From the NCBI GenBank assembly GCA_032249175.1, contig JAVVGK010000002.1, positions 1 through 37,921 of the forward strand: a stretch of 37,921 nucleotides of DNA, in the 5' to 3' direction. The position numbers were made by a program, and so were the translations under genes. Position 1 is the stretch's first letter, and the number at the start of each line of letters is the position of its first letter. This DNA is from Candidatus Hydrothermia bacterium. Its GTDB lineage: Bacteria > Hydrothermota > Hydrothermia > LBFQ01 > DSFT01. This document shows, one piece after another, positions 8,168 to 17,163 of this stretch. The notes under the pieces were generated by a model. That model had not been told where the DNA came from, did no database searches, and saw only the letters and a program-made list of their open reading frames with translations.

Positions 8168-9103
8168 ATGGTAGAAATTTTAAAAGCTTTTACTCTAATT
8201 TTTGTCGTTTTAACAGGTGCTGCTTATATGGTTTGGCTTGAAAGAAGAGTTTCAGCTTGGATTCAAGATAGAATTGGACCAAATAGAGTTGGACCATTTG
8301 GTTTATTACAACCACTTGTTGATGTTATTAAATTAATGTTTAAAGAAGAAATTGTTCCTATTACTGCTGAAAAATTTATTCATTTTTTAGCACCTGGTAT
8401 TGTAATTGTTTGTGTTATAACTGCAACTGCCTTAATTCCAGTAGATCCAAATTTCATTATTACAAATCCTAAAATTGGTGTTTTAATCATAATGGCTTTA
8501 AGCTCTTTATCTGCTTATTCTGTAATTTTGTCAGGTTTTGCTTCACTTACAAAATATCCAATTCTTGGAAGTTTAAGAGCTTCTGCCCAAGTTGTTTCTT
8601 ATGAAATTCCAATTGCTTTAAGTATATTATCTGTTGTTATAATGGCAAATAGCTTATCACTTGTTGATATTGTAAATGCTCAAAAAAATTTATGGTTTAT
8701 ATTCACTCAACCAATAGCATTTATTATTTATTTAATTTCTTCATTTGCTGAAACGAATAGAGCACCTTTTGATTTACCAGAAGCAGAAAGTGAATTAGTT
8801 GGAGGTTATCATACGGAATTTTCATCTATGAGGTTTGCTTGGTTTTTTGCAGGTGAATATGCTCATATCATAATTTCATCATCTATTATGACAATTTTAT
8901 TTTTGGGTGGTTGGTATGGTCCTATTAAGAGTGGATTTTGGTGGTTCTTTATAAAAGTTTTTATTCTTTGCTATATTTTTATTTGGGTTAGATGGACATT
9001 TCCAAGGTTTAGGTATGACCAATTAATGAGCATATCTTGGAAGTTTTTAATTCCAATATCTTTAATAAACCTTATTATAACATCTTTAATAAAGGCTTTA
9101 TGA
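8168..9103 (+). CDS. nuoH: NADH-quinone oxidoreductase subunit H homologue (NuoH/ND1 family membrane protein), not flanked by other nuo genes
   Basis: 311-aa polytopic ORF with WLERRVSAWIQDRIGPNRVGPFGLLQP and FAETNRAPFDLPEAESELVGGYHTEFS, both classical NuoH/ND1 signatures. Starts 1 nt after the fadN stop. Confidence 0.85.
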   Translation: MVEILKAFTLIFVVLTGAAYMVWLERRVSAWIQDRIGPNRVGPFGLLQPLVDVIKLMFKEEIVPITAEKFIHFLAPGIVIVCVITATALIPVDPNFIITNPKIGVLIIMALSSLSAYSVILSGFASLTKYPILGSLRASAQVVSYEIPIALSILSVVIMANSLSLVDIVNAQKNLWFIFTQPIAFIIYLISSFAETNRAPFDLPEAESELVGGYHTEFSSMRFAWFFAGEYAHIIISSSIMTILFLGGWYGPIKSGFWWFFIKVFILCYIFIWVRWTFPRFRYDQLMSISWKFLIPISLINLIITSLIKAL

Positions 9104-9489
9104 TAAAGCTAAATATAAAAACAACATCAAATGTCGAAATTATAGATATTACTGAAGATGTAAAAAGTGTTGTAAATAAGCTAAACAAGAAAGATGGAAT
9201 TATTCTAATTTATGTTCCTCATACAACTGCTGCTATTACGATAAATGAAAGTTATGACCCAAATGTAGGAAATGATATTATGGAAATTCTAAATATAATA
9301 GCTCCAAGAGATTTCAATTATAAGCATATTGAAGGTAATGCTTCCGCTCACATTAAGGCAAGTTTAATTGGTTCTTCTGTAATGTTAATTTTAGAGAATG
9401 GAGAAATAAAAATGGGTAAATGGCAAGGCATATTATTCTTTGAATTTGATGGTCCAAGAAACAGAGAAATTTGGATAAAGGTTATTTAG
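9100..9489 (+). CDS. yjbQ: YjbQ/UPF0047 family protein (secondary thiamine-phosphate synthase-type)
   Basis: IILIYVPHTTAAITINESYDPNV...NASAHIKASLIGSS...G.WQGI.FFEFDGPR is typical of UPF0047. ATG 9100 forms an ATGA overlap with the nuoH stop; the ORF-track start at 9037 lies inside nuoH and is less likely. Confidence 0.8.
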   Translation: MIKLNIKTTSNVEIIDITEDVKSVVNKLNKKDGIILIYVPHTTAAITINESYDPNVGNDIMEILNIIAPRDFNYKHIEGNASAHIKASLIGSSVMLILENGEIKMGKWQGILFFEFDGPRNREIWIKVI

Positions 9490-10378
9490 AAAATAAGTTT
9501 CTAACTAAAAATCCAACATTAGCAGGCCTTTCCGCCAATCTTCTCATGAAATAGGGATACCAGTGTGTTCCATAGGGTAAATAAATAGCGGTTCTATAAC
9601 CTTCGTTTTTTAATTGTAATAATAAATCAAATTTTATACCATATAGCATTTGAAATTCAAATTTACTTTTATCAACATTCATTTTCTTAACGAAATTTAT
9701 AATTCTTTCATCATGTGTAGCAATAAGTGTATAACTTGATTTTTCAAGAAGCAATTTTAAAATTTCAATATAATTCTTATCAACATCAGATTTTTTTTCA
9801 TATGCTATCTCTTTTGGCTCTTTATATGCTCCTTTTACAAGTCTAATAATTGGATTATAATTTAATAATTCTTTAACATCATTTAAGCTTCTCTTTAAAT
9901 AAGATTGAATAGCAATAGCTATTTTTTTATTTGGAAATTCACTTTTCAGTTTTTTATATAAATCAATTGTTATTTGCGTATATTTTGAGCTTTCCATGTC
10001 TATCTCTATAAAATTTGAATTTTGAACAAGTTCTTTAAGATAGTTGTAAGCTAATTTTTCATCAATATCAAGACCAATACTTGTTAATTTAACAGATATG
10101 GAATTTTCATTTTTTATATTATTTAATATCTTCATATATTCAAGAAATGTTTTTTCTGCTTCTTTTTTATCCAAAACACTTTCTCCAAGATAATCTAATG
10201 TGACTCTTATATTTAAACTATTTAATTTGTTTAAAATTTCAAGAGCAGAATTTAAGTCATAACCTGCCACAAATCTATCTACTAATTTTTTTGTAATTTT
10301 AGAATTTACTAAAAACTTTTCAAAATTTTTATTATTTGAAAGTGATAAAATGAAACTTCTTAATACACTATCAAACAC
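9482..10378 (-). CDS. Proline dehydrogenase family protein
   Basis: 298-aa ORF, GTG start. LDYLGE, ATHDERI, FQMLYGI and C-terminal YLPYG..WYPYFMRRLAERPANV are PRODH-like. Overlaps the upstream kinase-like gene's stop by 1 nt and the yjbQ 3' end by 8 nt. Confidence 0.8.
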   Translation of the reverse strand: MFDSVLRSFILSLSNNKNFEKFLVNSKITKKLVDRFVAGYDLNSALEILNKLNSLNIRVTLDYLGESVLDKKEAEKTFLEYMKILNNIKNENSISVKLTSIGLDIDEKLAYNYLKELVQNSNFIEIDMESSKYTQITIDLYKKLKSEFPNKKIAIAIQSYLKRSLNDVKELLNYNPIIRLVKGAYKEPKEIAYEKKSDVDKNYIEILKLLLEKSSYTLIATHDERIINFVKKMNVDKSKFEFQMLYGIKFDLLLQLKNEGYRTAIYLPYGTHWYPYFMRRLAERPANVGFLVRNLFSK

Positions 10379-11631
10379 TAAAACTTAACCTCCTTTTCTA
10401 TATTCTCAGTTGGAAGAACTAAAATTGGAATTTCAATTGGATTTTTTAATAAGTGATTTGAGGATTTATCTCTTATTTGAATTTTTAAATTAATTACACC
10501 ATAATAGTCTTTTTGTGTTTGAAATCTAATTGAAAACTCATTATTCTTATAACTTGTTTGAAAACTTGTGCCGGGATTGAAATTTATATCAAAAATAAGA
10601 TCAAAATTATTATTAAACTTCAAAATCACTTCACCATCACTACCTGATGAAACAAAAATTGGAGCATAAATCTCAGTTAATTTTACATTAAATGTTTCAT
10701 TCATTTGGATTTCTCTCTTAATTTTCTTACCATTTCTAATTTCATTTACAATAAATATAGAAAAACTTTGAATTTCTGAAAATGCTTCATATAATTCTTC
10801 AAGCATTTGCTGTGCACTTATAAATAATTCATCTTCCATTTCAAGTGCTTTTAATATAAATTTTTCTAATTTTTTTGGAATATTTGGATTAAGTGAAGTT
10901 GGAAGCTCTATTTTATTAGATAATTTTTCTGCATGAGTTTTAGCAATATCTTCTTCATCATAAGGTGGTTTTCCTGTTAGCATGTAATATAGTAATGCTC
11001 CAACAGAATATAAATCAAGTTCATAAGGTGTAATATCTAAACCTCTTAAAACTCTTGGAGATATCCAAGTTGGCGCAGATAAAAATCCCGAAAGCTTCAA
11101 TCTCCTTATTGCTTTTTGTGCTATATATCCAAGTCCAAAATCCGTAATTATTACATTATTATCTTTAAATCTTACATTTTCAGGTTTTAAATTCTTATGA
11201 GCAATACCATGGAAATGAGCATAAACTAATCCATTTAAAATATCTTCTGTTATATGAAATGCATCTTCCAAACTCAATTTTCCTTTTTTCTTTATTAATG
11301 TTCTTAAATCTTCAGGTAAATAATCAATTACAAAATATAAAATTTTTCCATCCATTTCCTTATCAATATCAAGTATCCAATTTATGTTTGGATGACCTTC
11401 AAGTCCTGCAACTTGTCTTAATTGCTCCAAAACTTCAATTGCTGTTTCTTTTAAAATTTGAACATCTTTTTGATCCCTAATAATGTCAATTCTAAAAATT
11501 TTTATAATTACTTCCTTATTTAAAAACTGATGAATTCCTTTATAAACATGAAATAATGGACTTGTTGCTATTTCTTCTTTTAATAAGTACTTTCCACTAA
11601 AAATTTTATTTGAAAATGGACTTTTTGTCAT
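10378..11631 (-). CDS. Ser/Thr protein kinase-like protein with non-canonical catalytic motifs (predicted pseudokinase) plus beta-rich C-terminal domain
   Basis: 417-aa ORF. Kinase-fold landmarks: VIIKIF (beta3 Lys), HKNLKPENV in place of HRDLKPxN, DFG present, SPR in place of APE, no GxGxxG loop. About 130 C-terminal residues of unknown fold. No TM segment. Confidence 0.7.
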   Translation of the reverse strand: MTKSPFSNKIFSGKYLLKEEIATSPLFHVYKGIHQFLNKEVIIKIFRIDIIRDQKDVQILKETAIEVLEQLRQVAGLEGHPNINWILDIDKEMDGKILYFVIDYLPEDLRTLIKKKGKLSLEDAFHITEDILNGLVYAHFHGIAHKNLKPENVRFKDNNVIITDFGLGYIAQKAIRRLKLSGFLSAPTWISPRVLRGLDITPYELDLYSVGALLYYMLTGKPPYDEEDIAKTHAEKLSNKIELPTSLNPNIPKKLEKFILKALEMEDELFISAQQMLEELYEAFSEIQSFSIFIVNEIRNGKKIKREIQMNETFNVKLTEIYAPIFVSSGSDGEVILKFNNNFDLIFDINFNPGTSFQTSYKNNEFSIRFQTQKDYYGVINLKIQIRDKSSNHLLKNPIEIPILVLPTENIEKEVKF

Positions 11632-11633
11632 TT

Positions 11634-12881
11634 TTAAAATTTTAAAGGTTTTTTAATAGTTAATGCTATTAAAACTAATTCAAGAGGTATCATTTTAGCT
11701 TTTGCTCTTGCACACTCAGAAGGACCGAGTATCCAATATGAAAAAAATATTATAGCAGACAATAAATAAAAGACTATTAAAATTCTCAATTCACTGTCTA
11801 TTTTCCTAAAATTCAATAAAGAATAAATAAAACAAAAAGTAAAAAATAATCCCCATATTACAAATGTCCATGGTTGGATTTTCAAAATTATATCATTTAC
11901 ATTTTTTCTAAAACTTGTAGGCTTTATAAAAAGAGCAAATGCTCCCGAAATAGTATTCTTAATGCTTTTTAAAATAAATTGGGTATTTAATTTGAACTCA
12001 TTTAATAACATTTCTCTTGCACATTTATCTAATTCATTAAAAGTCTTGCAACGATAGGCTTCAATACTAGGAAATCTGAGTTCATAACCAAGTCTTTTGC
12101 TAGCACAGCTATAAACTTCTTTCTTAGCAGATTCATAATCCATATTTTTATAACTAACCTTATAATATACAGCATAATGCCATACAAAAATATCCTTACA
12201 CAAGCTATTTGTAATAAATTGAACTGCAATAGGCAAAATAGAAATAAAAATATAAATTATTGAAAGTCTTTTCTTATGAAACAAATAAAAGAGATATATA
12301 ATAGGCAAAAGTGTAAATTCAGGTCTTGAAAGTGCCAACAAGGTTAAGAAAATTAAAGCTGTTAGTAATTTATTCCTTAAGTGAAATATAAGAAATAATA
12401 ATAAAAAGAAAATAGATATTGACTCAAGCAAAAGACTTGTTGTTTCTTTATATATATTAAAGAAAGCTAATGTAAGTAGCGATATGGAAAGAAAAAGATT
12501 TAAATTTAATTGATTTATAAGTATTGCTATTAAAATTGTATTAAAGAATGTAAAGAATATAATAAAAGCCAAGGCTGTCCAAGAGCCAAATAATTTCATA
12601 AAAATACCAAAGACATAACCTGATACAAAAATTCTTCTTCCTACTAATTCCTTCTTACCTTGTATTTCAATTACAGGAAAATTATATTTATAAACACCAT
12701 AACCTGCGGTTAAAAAATCATAGGTATCCCCTCTATAACCTATCCCCTCCTTATAAACAGAGGAAATAGAACTCAAATCCATTTTTAAACTCTTATTTTC
12801 TTTAATAGCATAATGTATTTTATTAGAAATTCCAAATATAGCCAAAACAATAGCTAAAATAAAAATAATTACACTTCTCAA
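11634..12881 (-). CDS. Polytopic integral membrane protein with a Cys-rich extracytoplasmic loop (possibly GT-C-like glycosyltransferase; family not established)
   Basis: 415-aa ORF, TTG start. Many hydrophobic spans. The loop between them contains 5 Cys (LCKD...SCASK...YRCKT...DKCARE). Promoter-like motif 12887-12900 lies 5 nt upstream. Confidence 0.6.
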   Translation of the reverse strand: MRSVIIFILAIVLAIFGISNKIHYAIKENKSLKMDLSSISSVYKEGIGYRGDTYDFLTAGYGVYKYNFPVIEIQGKKELVGRRIFVSGYVFGIFMKLFGSWTALAFIIFFTFFNTILIAILINQLNLNLFLSISLLTLAFFNIYKETTSLLLESISIFFLLLFLIFHLRNKLLTALIFLTLLALSRPEFTLLPIIYLFYLFHKKRLSIIYIFISILPIAVQFITNSLCKDIFVWHYAVYYKVSYKNMDYESAKKEVYSCASKRLGYELRFPSIEAYRCKTFNELDKCAREMLLNEFKLNTQFILKSIKNTISGAFALFIKPTSFRKNVNDIILKIQPWTFVIWGLFFTFCFIYSLLNFRKIDSELRILIVFYLLSAIIFFSYWILGPSECARAKAKMIPLELVLIALTIKKPLKF

Positions 12882-12886
12882 TTTCT

Positions 12887-12900
12887 GAAAATTTTAAAGG
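12887..12900 (-). promoter_or_regulatory. Promoter-like motif CCTTTAAAATTTTC
   Basis: 5 nt upstream of TTG 12881, within the 22-nt gap after the upstream gene's stop. Confidence 0.55.
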
Positions 12901-12903
12901 TTT

Positions 12904-14220
12904 TTAGGTTAATTTTTCCTTTATAAATTTGTAAATTAAGAAGTTGGAAATAAGACCATATCTTTTAGCTATCTCATAAGCTCTTTTTATCCAACCTTTT
13001 ATAATGTACTTTGCGACTAAATCTTGTTTTCTATGTTTTACAATTAGTTTTAAATCCTTATTTAAAATTGCTAAAAATGTGGGTTTTTTGATTTGTAAAA
13101 TAAAGTTTTTAGCATCCCTTAAATTTTTTTCAATATAATAAGAAAATGCCTTTGCCAATTTATAATTATCGTCATTAAATTCCCTATTAGCAATATCAAT
13201 CTCTATCGTTTTTATTTCTAATATAAACTTTAAGTAATTTTTTCTCAAAAAGTAAGATAATGCTTTTAAAATTTTATAATAAATACTATCATCAGAAATT
13301 CTTAAAAACTCTTCAAAATTTCCTAAATAAAATTTCAATTTTTCATCTTTAAATAATGAGTAAGCTTTTTTGATATGCCCTAAACTTACAAGAATAGAAT
13401 AAATAAGTTTTGAAAGCTCACTATCTTTTAAATTTTTATATGATTTAGTCCACCTTGAAAAAGTAGGGAATAATGTTTTATAAACTTCAACATCGTAATA
13501 AAGACTATTTAAAATCAGTAATAAAATCGGTTTCTTAATTTGCTCTGGAAGTTTAAAAAATTCCTTTAAATGATTTTTAAAAATTCTTTTTATTTCATCA
13601 TAATTCCCGCTTGCCCTTAAAAACATAATTTCAGGAATAAATAAACTATAATAAGTTAATAAGAATTTCTTTTTTAATGCTAAACTTTTATATTTCCTTA
13701 TTCTAAATATCATTTCCTTGGTCGTTACTAAAATTGTTTTAGAATGAAAAATTTTTGAATAGATATAAGAAAACTTATAAACTAATAAATTAAGAGGTAA
13801 TAAATCATCAGGAATTTTTAATAACATTTCATAATCTTCTTCTTTTGAAGGAATAAAGTGATTTAAAATTTTTTTTAAATTTTCCAAGTCATTATTTTTG
13901 AATAAATAATGAGCAAGTTCAGATATTTTTTTATTTTCTCTAAATCCATAAACATCATAAAGCGAAAGCTTAAAGTAAATAGTAGAAATTGGCATTTTAA
14001 AGATTTTTGATAAATCTTTTAGATTCAGAAATGGGTTTTTCTCAAAATAAATATAAATTTCATATGCTTTCTTATCATATTCAAGAAAGCTATCATTTTT
14101 CTTAATTCTTGAAATCGTGGAAGCACTCAAATTTAAAATTCTTGATATTTCCCTTATTTTATAGCCTTGTTTTATCATTTTCCAAGCTAAGAATTTTTTT
14201 ATAATATCAGTTTGTTTCAT
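12904..14220 (-). CDS. Hypothetical protein with N-terminal helix-turn-helix and long alpha-helical-repeat body
   Basis: KQGYKIREISRILNLSASTISRIKKN resembles a small HTH. The remainder is Lys/Leu/Tyr-rich and helical. ATG 14220 is 6 nt downstream of motif 14227-14240. The ORF-track start at 14256 would lie upstream of that motif. Confidence 0.6.
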   Translation of the reverse strand: MKQTDIIKKFLAWKMIKQGYKIREISRILNLSASTISRIKKNDSFLEYDKKAYEIYIYFEKNPFLNLKDLSKIFKMPISTIYFKLSLYDVYGFRENKKISELAHYLFKNNDLENLKKILNHFIPSKEEDYEMLLKIPDDLLPLNLLVYKFSYIYSKIFHSKTILVTTKEMIFRIRKYKSLALKKKFLLTYYSLFIPEIMFLRASGNYDEIKRIFKNHLKEFFKLPEQIKKPILLLILNSLYYDVEVYKTLFPTFSRWTKSYKNLKDSELSKLIYSILVSLGHIKKAYSLFKDEKLKFYLGNFEEFLRISDDSIYYKILKALSYFLRKNYLKFILEIKTIEIDIANREFNDDNYKLAKAFSYYIEKNLRDAKNFILQIKKPTFLAILNKDLKLIVKHRKQDLVAKYIIKGWIKRAYEIAKRYGLISNFLIYKFIKEKLT

Positions 14221-14226
14221 AAGATT

Positions 14227-14240
14227 GAAAATTATAAAGT
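14227..14240 (-). promoter_or_regulatory. Promoter-like motif ACTTTATAATTTTC
   Basis: 6 nt upstream of ATG 14220. TATAAT core. Confidence 0.55.
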
Positions 14241-14320
14241 AAAGTGATAATAACATTTTTAGTGTTTCTAAAATGCTCGTAAATACTATTGTTTTAATTA
14301 CTTAATGAAAATTGGTAGTT

Positions 14321-14333
14321 GTTTTAAAATTTC
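14321..14333 (+). promoter_or_regulatory. Promoter-like motif GTTTTAAAATTTC
   Basis: 3 nt upstream of ATG 14337. Confidence 0.5.
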
Positions 14334-14336
14334 ATT

Positions 14337-16205
14337 ATGCTTTTGATAACTTTTAATGCACTTTTTTATAAGGAGCTGAACTTTCAGGGAATTTTTAATT
14401 ATGTGACAAGTTTAGTTCCTCTTCCAAGTGGAAATTACATTCTTGTAATGCACGGCCCATGGCCTAATGGTTTTACTGGAAATTTAGAATATAATACACT
14501 TGTAAAGCTTGATAGTCTTGGTAATGTTATAAGTCATAAGGCATTTGGTATAAGCTCTTCAAATACAAGGTACCTTGAAATCTACAAGTTAGTCCCAATA
14601 AATAACTATCAAAGGATTGTTGGATTTGGATATATTAATTTTGACAATACTACGATCCAAGGCTCTGATCCCACTTATGTAATTATTGATACAAATTTAA
14701 ATCCTATAGCTTTGTACAATTTACAAAATTCATCATCTCGGGATGGTCTTGGATTTGATGCTTATATTCTCTCAGATGGAAAACTTTTTGGATGGGGCCA
14801 AGGAACAAGTCCAAATAGTGGTTATTATAACTTTCATGGTGCTTTCTTTACAAGTATAAATATAGGCTCAGGTGTAAATTACTTTTGGACAGGTCCTGCT
14901 AATAATACTTCCAATTTATTAAATGGGGCTATTAGAGGTGAGGTTAAAAATGATGTACTTATTTTATATTTATTACAAAACATTTTTTATTATAATAGAA
15001 CCCATCCATCCTTTACTTCAAATAGAGGAAAATTTAATTTATTCTTTTTCAATACACAAAATCCTTATAGTTATTGGGCTTTATCTTATAGGGTTAGTAT
15101 ATTTTCAGATTATTTAAAGGAATGGATAGGGGGTTATTTACCTGTCAATACTAGCCAAGATCCAGAATGGAATGCTGTTTTGGCTGGTGATGAAAATAAT
15201 CTTCTAATAAATGGAAGGAGTGTTGACATTTTAGTTGAGAATAATGGTTTTGTTATTGTAGCAAATGGAGGATTATGGTACGATTCAACGCAGTGTAGAA
15301 GACTATGGTGGTATTATGACTGGACATTTTTTAAAATGGATAGGATTTTTATTATAAAGTTTGATAGTAGTGGGAATTTAATGTGGGCTAAACGATTGGT
15401 TTTTCCAGGAATGAGTTGGACAAGAGGGGGTCTTAGAACCTCTCGTTGTATAAAATTCCCAAGTGGTGATACTCTTATCTATACTAATTATTTAAATCAT
15501 CAAATTAAAATTTTGGGAGTTATTAGAATTGGAGATAGTTATATTATAGGTGGCGTAAAGTATGTGGATAGCACTTGTAATGGAAATTATTGTCAACCAA
15601 AGCGAATTTCTGGTAAGCCATTTTTAATTAAGGTAGATACACTTGGTAATTTCAAGTGGGCTTATTACTATGATATTCCAAATCCTTCTTATCCATTTTT
15701 CTACATTCACGAGAATTTAAATAGAGCTATTGTAAAAGATTTTAATAATTATATATTGATGTTTGGAACAATAGGTAATAATAGTTATCGTGAAGTTTCA
15801 GGTGTTGTAATTAAGTTTGATAGTGCAGGAAATAGCTGCTTAAATAGAACTCCATTTAGTTTAAATACGGAAATTGTTGATTGGGCTGCTGATGACCCAA
15901 GTGGTTATTATGGAATTGGTCCTTGGGGTTTTACACATGATGGATGGGCTATATCAACAATGACAGGACTTACATTTAGCGGTTTAAATTGTATTATAAC
16001 GCCGGTTTCAAGTTCTGAAAACTATAATGAAAATTGCTTTAGCATTAGAAAAAACAGAATTATATTTAATTCAGATGTAGATTATAAGATATATTCTATT
16101 GATGGCAAGCTGATTAAAAGTGGAAATTCAAAGGAAGTTAATCTAAAAAAAGGAGCCTATTTAATTGAAATAAGAAAAAGAAGAATAAAAGTTATCGTTC
16201 CATAA
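14337..16205 (+). CDS. Secreted beta-propeller-repeat-like protein with T9SS (Por) C-terminal sorting domain
   Basis: 622-aa ORF. Recurrent xDxxGNxxW blades (LDSLGNVISHK, FDSSGNLMWAK, VDTLGNFKWAY, FDSAGNS). The C-terminus KIYSIDGKLIKSGNSKEVNLKKGAYLIEIRKRRIKVIVP matches the T9SS C-terminal domain pattern. Motif 14321-14333 lies 3 nt upstream. Confidence 0.7.
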   Translation: MLLITFNALFYKELNFQGIFNYVTSLVPLPSGNYILVMHGPWPNGFTGNLEYNTLVKLDSLGNVISHKAFGISSSNTRYLEIYKLVPINNYQRIVGFGYINFDNTTIQGSDPTYVIIDTNLNPIALYNLQNSSSRDGLGFDAYILSDGKLFGWGQGTSPNSGYYNFHGAFFTSINIGSGVNYFWTGPANNTSNLLNGAIRGEVKNDVLILYLLQNIFYYNRTHPSFTSNRGKFNLFFFNTQNPYSYWALSYRVSIFSDYLKEWIGGYLPVNTSQDPEWNAVLAGDENNLLINGRSVDILVENNGFVIVANGGLWYDSTQCRRLWWYYDWTFFKMDRIFIIKFDSSGNLMWAKRLVFPGMSWTRGGLRTSRCIKFPSGDTLIYTNYLNHQIKILGVIRIGDSYIIGGVKYVDSTCNGNYCQPKRISGKPFLIKVDTLGNFKWAYYYDIPNPSYPFFYIHENLNRAIVKDFNNYILMFGTIGNNSYREVSGVVIKFDSAGNSCLNRTPFSLNTEIVDWAADDPSGYYGIGPWGFTHDGWAISTMTGLTFSGLNCIITPVSSSENYNENCFSIRKNRIIFNSDVDYKIYSIDGKLIKSGNSKEVNLKKGAYLIEIRKRRIKVIVP

Positions 16206-17163
16206 AATAATTTTTAACATTTTCAATTAGTTTTTCTAAATTTATTTTTTCTTTTGCTGAAATTTTAATAACTTTAAATCCATTTATTTCATTTGGGATT
16301 TCATTTTCATTTACAATATCAATTTTGTTTATAACGATTATAAATGGTTTTTCAAGAATTTTTGGATTATAGTTAATTATCTCTTTTTTCAATTTGTAAA
16401 ATTGCTCAATAACATCACCTTGTGTAGGATCTAATAAGAATATGAGCATTTTAACCCTTTCAATATGTCTTAAAAAGCTAACGCCAAGTCCCTTTCCTTC
16501 ACTTGCTCCTTCAATAATTCCTGGAATATCTATAATTGTAATCCTATTATAATAATCATCATGAATAACACCTAAATTTGGAACTATTGTAGTAAATGGA
16601 TAATCAGCAATTTTACTTTTGGCATTTGTTAAGGCATTTAAAAGCGTAGATTTTCCAGCATTAGGAAATCCAATAATACCAATATCAGCTATTGTTTTAA
16701 GCTCTAATTTTAATTTTAGTTTTATTCCAGGTTCTCCTTTTTCAGCTATTTGAGGTGCTCTGTTTTCAGGTGTTTTAAAAGCATTATTTCCTTTTCCTCC
16801 TTTTCCACCTTTTGCGATTAAAATTTTTTGATTATGATATAATATCTCACCAATTTTTTCGTTTGTTTCTCTATTATATATAACCGTTCCAATTGGCACT
16901 TTTATATAAATGTCTTTTCCTTTCCTCCCTTTCATATTTTTAGGTTTTCCATTTTCACCATCACCAGCCTTAAAGTAATTCTTCTTCCTAAAATGTAATA
17001 ATGATGTTAAACTTTCATCACCAACAACATAAACATTTCCACCATCTCCACCGTCGCCACCATCTGGTCCTCCTCTTGGAACATATTTTTCCCTTCTAAA
17101 ATGAACAATTCCATCTCCACCTTTTCCAGATTCTACGATTATATAAGCAATATCATAACTCAT
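16192..17163 (-). CDS. obg: GTPase Obg/CgtA
   Basis: N-terminal glycine-rich Obg fold (GGDGGDGGDGGNV, GGKGGKGN). G domain with GFPNAGKST, DIPGIIEGA and NKID. Confidence 0.92.
   Translation of the reverse strand: MSYDIAYIIVESGKGGDGIVHFRREKYVPRGGPDGGDGGDGGNVYVVGDESLTSLLHFRKKNYFKAGDGENGKPKNMKGRKGKDIYIKVPIGTVIYNRETNEKIGEILYHNQKILIAKGGKGGKGNNAFKTPENRAPQIAEKGEPGIKLKLKLELKTIADIGIIGFPNAGKSTLLNALTNAKSKIADYPFTTIVPNLGVIHDDYYNRITIIDIPGIIEGASEGKGLGVSFLRHIERVKMLIFLLDPTQGDVIEQFYKLKKEIINYNPKILEKPFIIVINKIDIVNENEIPNEINGFKVIKISAKEKINLEKLIENVKNYFMER

Noticed and set aside
11259-11480. 73-aa plus-strand ORF antisense to the kinase-like gene (similarly 12029-12229 and 14923-15117)
   Set aside because: These are embedded in longer ORFs with domain evidence and look like shadow frames.
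14305-14346. Upstream out-of-frame ATG (MKIGSCFKISLCF-stop) that could supply a better signal peptide to the T9SS cargo protein if a 1-nt indel existed
   Set aside because: This ATG lies upstream of the promoter-like motif at 14321-14333, which is positioned for the 14337 start exactly as at other genes. The fused peptide would still be a mediocre signal peptide. It is kept only as a read-level check.
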